Positions 61,601-64,000 of a DNA stretch of 64,000 nucleotides are shown piece by piece. Every line of letters starts with the position of its first letter. Within the stretch, counting starts at the first letter, position 1. The notes under the pieces were generated by a model. The model worked only from the letters and a program-made list of their open reading frames with translations. It ran no database searches and was not told the DNA's origin. Source of the DNA: Nannocystales bacterium (GTDB taxonomy: Bacteria; Myxococcota_A; Polyangia; Nannocystales; Nannocystaceae); the NCBI GenBank assembly GCA_050633305.1, contig JBOEGF010000005.1, positions 64,001-128,000 on the forward strand. Reading direction: 5' to 3'. The position numbers and the translations under genes are program-made.

Positions 61601-61701
61601 TGGTCTTCCACGACCTCTCTCTCCGCCGGCTCTAGACTTCCCTCGACAAACGCCGCGACGATGTCTTCCGTCGGGCAGCCGTCGAGCGTCCAGTGGGACA
61701 T
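58693..61701 (-). CDS. Ser/Thr protein kinase with zf-HC2 N-terminus, TM and TPR repeats
   Basis: CP......AFVEG.L...E...VEDHLDDCSGC; GMGGMG, HRDFKPDN, DFG, GTPAYMAPE; ELGPSHPD TPRs. Confidence 0.92.
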   Translation of the reverse strand: MSHWTLDGCPTEDIVAAFVEGSLEPAEREVVEDHLDDCSGCRAVVSELVKVFAGDNEATLPRDTAVSVDGPDPMPDPVAVGASVGRYRVLDVLGMGGMGIVYLAHDPQLDRKVAVKVIRRRGRDDDEQSTRLLREARAMAKLSHPNVIAVHDVGTWNKQVFVAMEYVDAGTLKGWMKGPRRTWKEVGPTLIAAGRGLAAAHEAGLVHRDFKPDNVLLSDKGRVFVTDFGLARWSMVTEASEAAAPTLDGEPSESTDGERLHELTKSGAFVGTPAYMAPEQFSRVRVGPACDQFAFCVVLWEALFGVRPFEARTLASLAHAVCETPTPTVPTTPPLPRRVRAALLRGLAKRPEDRFPSMQALLSALAPMGARRASWGIVAGLGAVALPLTVMAVRAPDPATAASATCAELTGLGEAWNEDTAERLTAAFEGSGLRTAPTIAENVRGRLDTYTQAWGEQEQTLCRAVAKSELDADRAALQRQCLGRARIVTRGVIEGLMQADDKIVRRATQTIAGLPNVASCSDDAQLSAEQAPIPPEPIAKRVAIIRDATLLADAEHRLGRYSEGLAVIDAHVDEATALGFRPLEAEVAYARGRLLVNMAREDEAVTQFEQAELHGIASRYNSVVARALILHIYAKARQRTPWPQVEPLFKRAEAALDGTTLSDPVRGTLYTNAGIAAFYADDLPKAIEFAERGLAMTPRDVDPMRWATTSESLIMFKRLSGDIEGVIPRLKEVIEVSAQELGPSHPDLIESHRSLAHAYKSMELYDEARAEAERALALVAETHGTAHYGYGGTLSTLSAIEGAAERYEDALEFAKRSSAVLEAAGQPTQIPDSQQAEWLIALDRPAEAAPLVQSLIQDEVEAHGAASPSLSWMYFVKCSLEAARRDVEATRAACDTAIARSNAEPDSDTTLRMKLDRAQYLALAGAQEEGFAALLALEPDVGSRPPTTTTARFHQALALQSQTDKSRARDARVWMQTAREQFAALELEESVREADAWLAERR

Positions 61702-61781
61702 GAGTCATCATACCGAAGTTGCCGGATGCGGGCCTTGCGACCGAGCGCGGCCCGGTCCGGCTTCGGAAACGTGGCGCGTCG

Positions 61782-62600
61782 CTAGACCTTCCGAAGCAGC
61801 GACGCCTTGCGGGTCTGGAACTCAGCTTCGGTGAGCAGTCCGCGGTCACGTAGATCCGAGAGCTGCCGGATGCCATCGGCAAGGTCGCCGGCCGTCATGG
61901 AGCCTGAAGAACTGCCATGCGGTTTGTCCTCGCTCGGCGCTCCTGCAGCGCTCCCGCCGGACGGGCTCGGCCCCTGCGGTGCAGCGGGTTGCGGCGCGGC
62001 GGAGGGCTGAGGCGCAGCGCCGTACGGCGAGGCCGCGGGCTGGGCTTGCGGTTGTTGGGGAGCGCCACCGTACGGGTTCTGCGGCGGCGGTCCACCGTAT
62101 GGGTTTGCCTGCGGGGGACTTCCGTATGGAGCTTGGGGCGGCTGACCGGGGTAGGGGGCGCGCGGCGGTTGGCCGGGGTAGCCAGCAGCCTGGGGAGGGT
62201 GTCCAGGATACGGAGCCTGTGGAGGCTGACTGGGGTAGGGGGCTTGGGGAGGCCGTCCAGGGTACGGCGCCGCCCCGGGGTACTGGGGCTGCCCGCCGTA
62301 TGGGGCCTGTCCGCCATATGGATTCTGCGGCTGTCCGTACGCGGCGGCATACGCCCCGTGCACGGCTCCGGGGAGCGCGGCAAAGGTCTGTGCTTGGAGG
62401 CGTCGTCGCTGGGCGGCGGCTTTCAGCGCGGGCCGGCGGATCAGGTAGACGGGAATCGCGATGAAGGGCAGCAACAACGCAAAGAAGAACCATCCGACCG
62501 GACCGGGCGCAAATCCCGGTACATCGTCTCCGTCGTAGCCGATGTTGGAGGCATCGACGGCCATCCCGATGTAGATGGCAAGGAGGATCAGCCCACCCAT
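61782..62600 (-). CDS. Membrane protein with Pro/Gln/Tyr-rich linker and C-terminal SHOCT domain
   Basis: Two TM; PYPGQPPQA repeats; IRQLSDLRDRGLLTEAEFQTRKASLL. Confidence 0.8.
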   Translation of the reverse strand: MGGLILLAIYIGMAVDASNIGYDGDDVPGFAPGPVGWFFFALLLPFIAIPVYLIRRPALKAAAQRRRLQAQTFAALPGAVHGAYAAAYGQPQNPYGGQAPYGGQPQYPGAAPYPGRPPQAPYPSQPPQAPYPGHPPQAAGYPGQPPRAPYPGQPPQAPYGSPPQANPYGGPPPQNPYGGAPQQPQAQPAASPYGAAPQPSAAPQPAAPQGPSPSGGSAAGAPSEDKPHGSSSGSMTAGDLADGIRQLSDLRDRGLLTEAEFQTRKASLLRKV

Positions 62601-62631
62601 GTGCGCGCCAGTGTAGTCGATCGGGGGCGGT

Positions 62632-63132
62632 TCAGCCCTTGATGATCTTGCCGGCCCGCGGATCCGAGGGGAGGAACCGCAGCCACTCCTCTTTGAGGGC
62701 AGCGATGTCGCGGGCGCCCGCGGCGGGGACCACGGCGTGTCCCAGGCCACTGTTGCTCATGAACGCCACGACCGCGGCCTCTCCGGACTGCACCTTTTCC
62801 GCGAGTTCGGGCTCGATCATGAGTCGGCCGACGCGGCCCGCGATCTCCGGAAAGTGGAAGGGCTTGCACCGCTCGCTGGGGACTCCGCCCTGGCGGTCGA
62901 GCCTGGACTGCGTCACCCAACGCCGGACGGCGTCGTAGAACTCACCGGTCGGGGCGTCCTTGAGCGCGGCAACATTGAGTGGGCGAACCTGGGACTTGCC
63001 GGGCCCGCCCTTGCCTTTGCCCTTCCGTTTGCCTTTGCCTTTGCCCTTGTTCTTCTTCTTGGCATCGACGCGGTCGATGTCCGCTTGGCTGACCAGTCCC
63101 GCGGACGCGAGCTTCGCTTTCAGATCCAGCAT
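62632..63132 (-). CDS. DUF2058 (YaiL-like) family protein
   Basis: LKAKLASAGLVS N-terminus, Lys/Gly-rich stretch, PFHF...L.I..ELAEKV.SG.AAVV. Confidence 0.55.
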   Translation of the reverse strand: MLDLKAKLASAGLVSQADIDRVDAKKKNKGKGKGKRKGKGKGGPGKSQVRPLNVAALKDAPTGEFYDAVRRWVTQSRLDRQGGVPSERCKPFHFPEIAGRVGRLMIEPELAEKVQSGEAAVVAFMSNSGLGHAVVPAAGARDIAALKEEWLRFLPSDPRAGKIIKG

Positions 63133-63274
63133 CGGAACGCACGAGTGTAGCGCGATGCGAGTCCGGGGCCAGCGAATCTCGCGTGCGCTGCGCGACGCTC
63201 TGCCAGGAGCGATGCCCGAGAACGGTCGGGTCCCCGGGCGGGAACTGCTCGGCCGGTCGTGAAGGAGGGGCGGC

Positions 63275-63316
63275 CCCGCATCGCCGGGGAAACTCGTGGG
63301 GAGACGACGATGCGGG
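63275..63316 (-). terminator. Hairpin downstream of the M15A peptidase gene
   Basis: CCCGCATCG ... CGATGCGGG 9-bp stem; long loop and no clear U-tract. Confidence 0.35.
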
Positions 63317-63331
63317 ACCTCGAAGAGAGAT

Positions 63332-64000
63332 CTAGAGTTCGGTGCTCACTTCGACCACCCGGCCGACGTCGACCTCGACGAGGGATGCATGGGCGGGTGG
63401 GGTGAAGGTGTCGCCCTTGAACTCGGCGAGGAGGGTCCCGTTTGCATCGAATGCGGTCCAGCGGCGGACGGGCTCACCCTCGTCGAAGCCTTCGGCTGGG
63501 GCCGAGAGCACGCCATTCGCGCGCTCGATGGTCGCGGAAAACTCGGCCATCGTGAAGTCGTCGGGGTGGCTGCCCGGGGCGAGTGCTGCAGCGCCGAAGA
63601 GCTTCTGGTCTTGCGAGTCGAAACGCCAGTCGCAGTGCACGTGGCTGTTGTACTCGACCAGCTTGCCGCCGTTGTTGCTGCAGACGGACTCGAGCGAGTT
63701 GATGCTGGTCGCGAGCGGCTTGATGTCGAAGGCGTCGCCGTACATGTGGCGCGATCGGGTCGCTCCACCGACGCCTGCGTTGTAGGAAGGCGAGCGGTAG
63801 CCGGAGTTGATGCGCATGCCGCCGGCGGCGTCTCGCATCGCCTGGATGCGCTCGACCGCGTGCGGCTGCACGACGGCGTATCTGCCTTTGGCTCGGCTGG
63901 CGAGCTCGCCGAGTGTGAAGTTCGGGGCGATCTTGGTGCTCTCGTCGACCTCGTCGAGGTCGATGTACGCCAGCGGTGCGCGGTAGTTGCTGTTGAGGGG
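63332..64000 (-). CDS. Peptidase M15A (Zn D-Ala-D-Ala carboxypeptidase-like); 5' end outside window
   Basis: PNFTLGEL, INSGYRSPSYNAGVGGATRSRHMYGDAFDI, HVHCD; frame open to the window edge. Confidence 0.88.
   Translation of the reverse strand, partial: PLNSNYRAPLAYIDLDEVDESTKIAPNFTLGELASRAKGRYAVVQPHAVERIQAMRDAAGGMRINSGYRSPSYNAGVGGATRSRHMYGDAFDIKPLATSINSLESVCSNNGGKLVEYNSHVHCDWRFDSQDQKLFGAAALAPGSHPDDFTMAEFSATIERANGVLSAPAEGFDEGEPVRRWTAFDANGTLLAEFKGDTFTPPAHASLVEVDVGRVVEVSTEL

Noticed and set aside
62040..62340. Short repeats encoding PYPGQPPQA
   Set aside because: Ordinary low-complexity linker of a SHOCT protein

Overview
GC-rich bacterial chromosomal window, most likely from a myxobacterium of the Nannocystaceae type. 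This is inferred from four Hanks-type Ser/Thr kinases with TPR or WD40 tails, many Cys-rich lipoproteins with Ser/Thr/Gly linkers, a MYXO-CTERM protein, a DUF1552/DUF1592 pair and several ECF sigma factors. It holds about 55 protein-coding genes. I recognised no rRNA, tRNA, CRISPR array, transposase or integrase. Housekeeping or stress genes include trxB, an RlmN-like enzyme, a TrmH-like enzyme, arsR-acr3, an HtrA protease, a YcaQ/AlkZ-like glycosylase and an M15A peptidase. The most notable observations are: (1) a 36-45 kb ECF locus in which a shared C-T8-CATC-n-AT motif precedes both the sigma gene and a DUF1552/DUF1592(CxxCH) operon, and the anti-sigma gene appears collapsed to a 225-nt remnant; (2) an ECF / mini anti-sigma / stand-alone tandem STN-domain operon; (3) a HemN-like radical SAM-MFS-DUF418 operon near a crosslink-repair glycosylase; (4) a myxobacterial sigma factor followed by twin kinases with N-terminal zinc anti-sigma (HxxxCxxC) motifs; (5) several decayed genes. 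All family calls come from motif recognition by eye; no database search was run.
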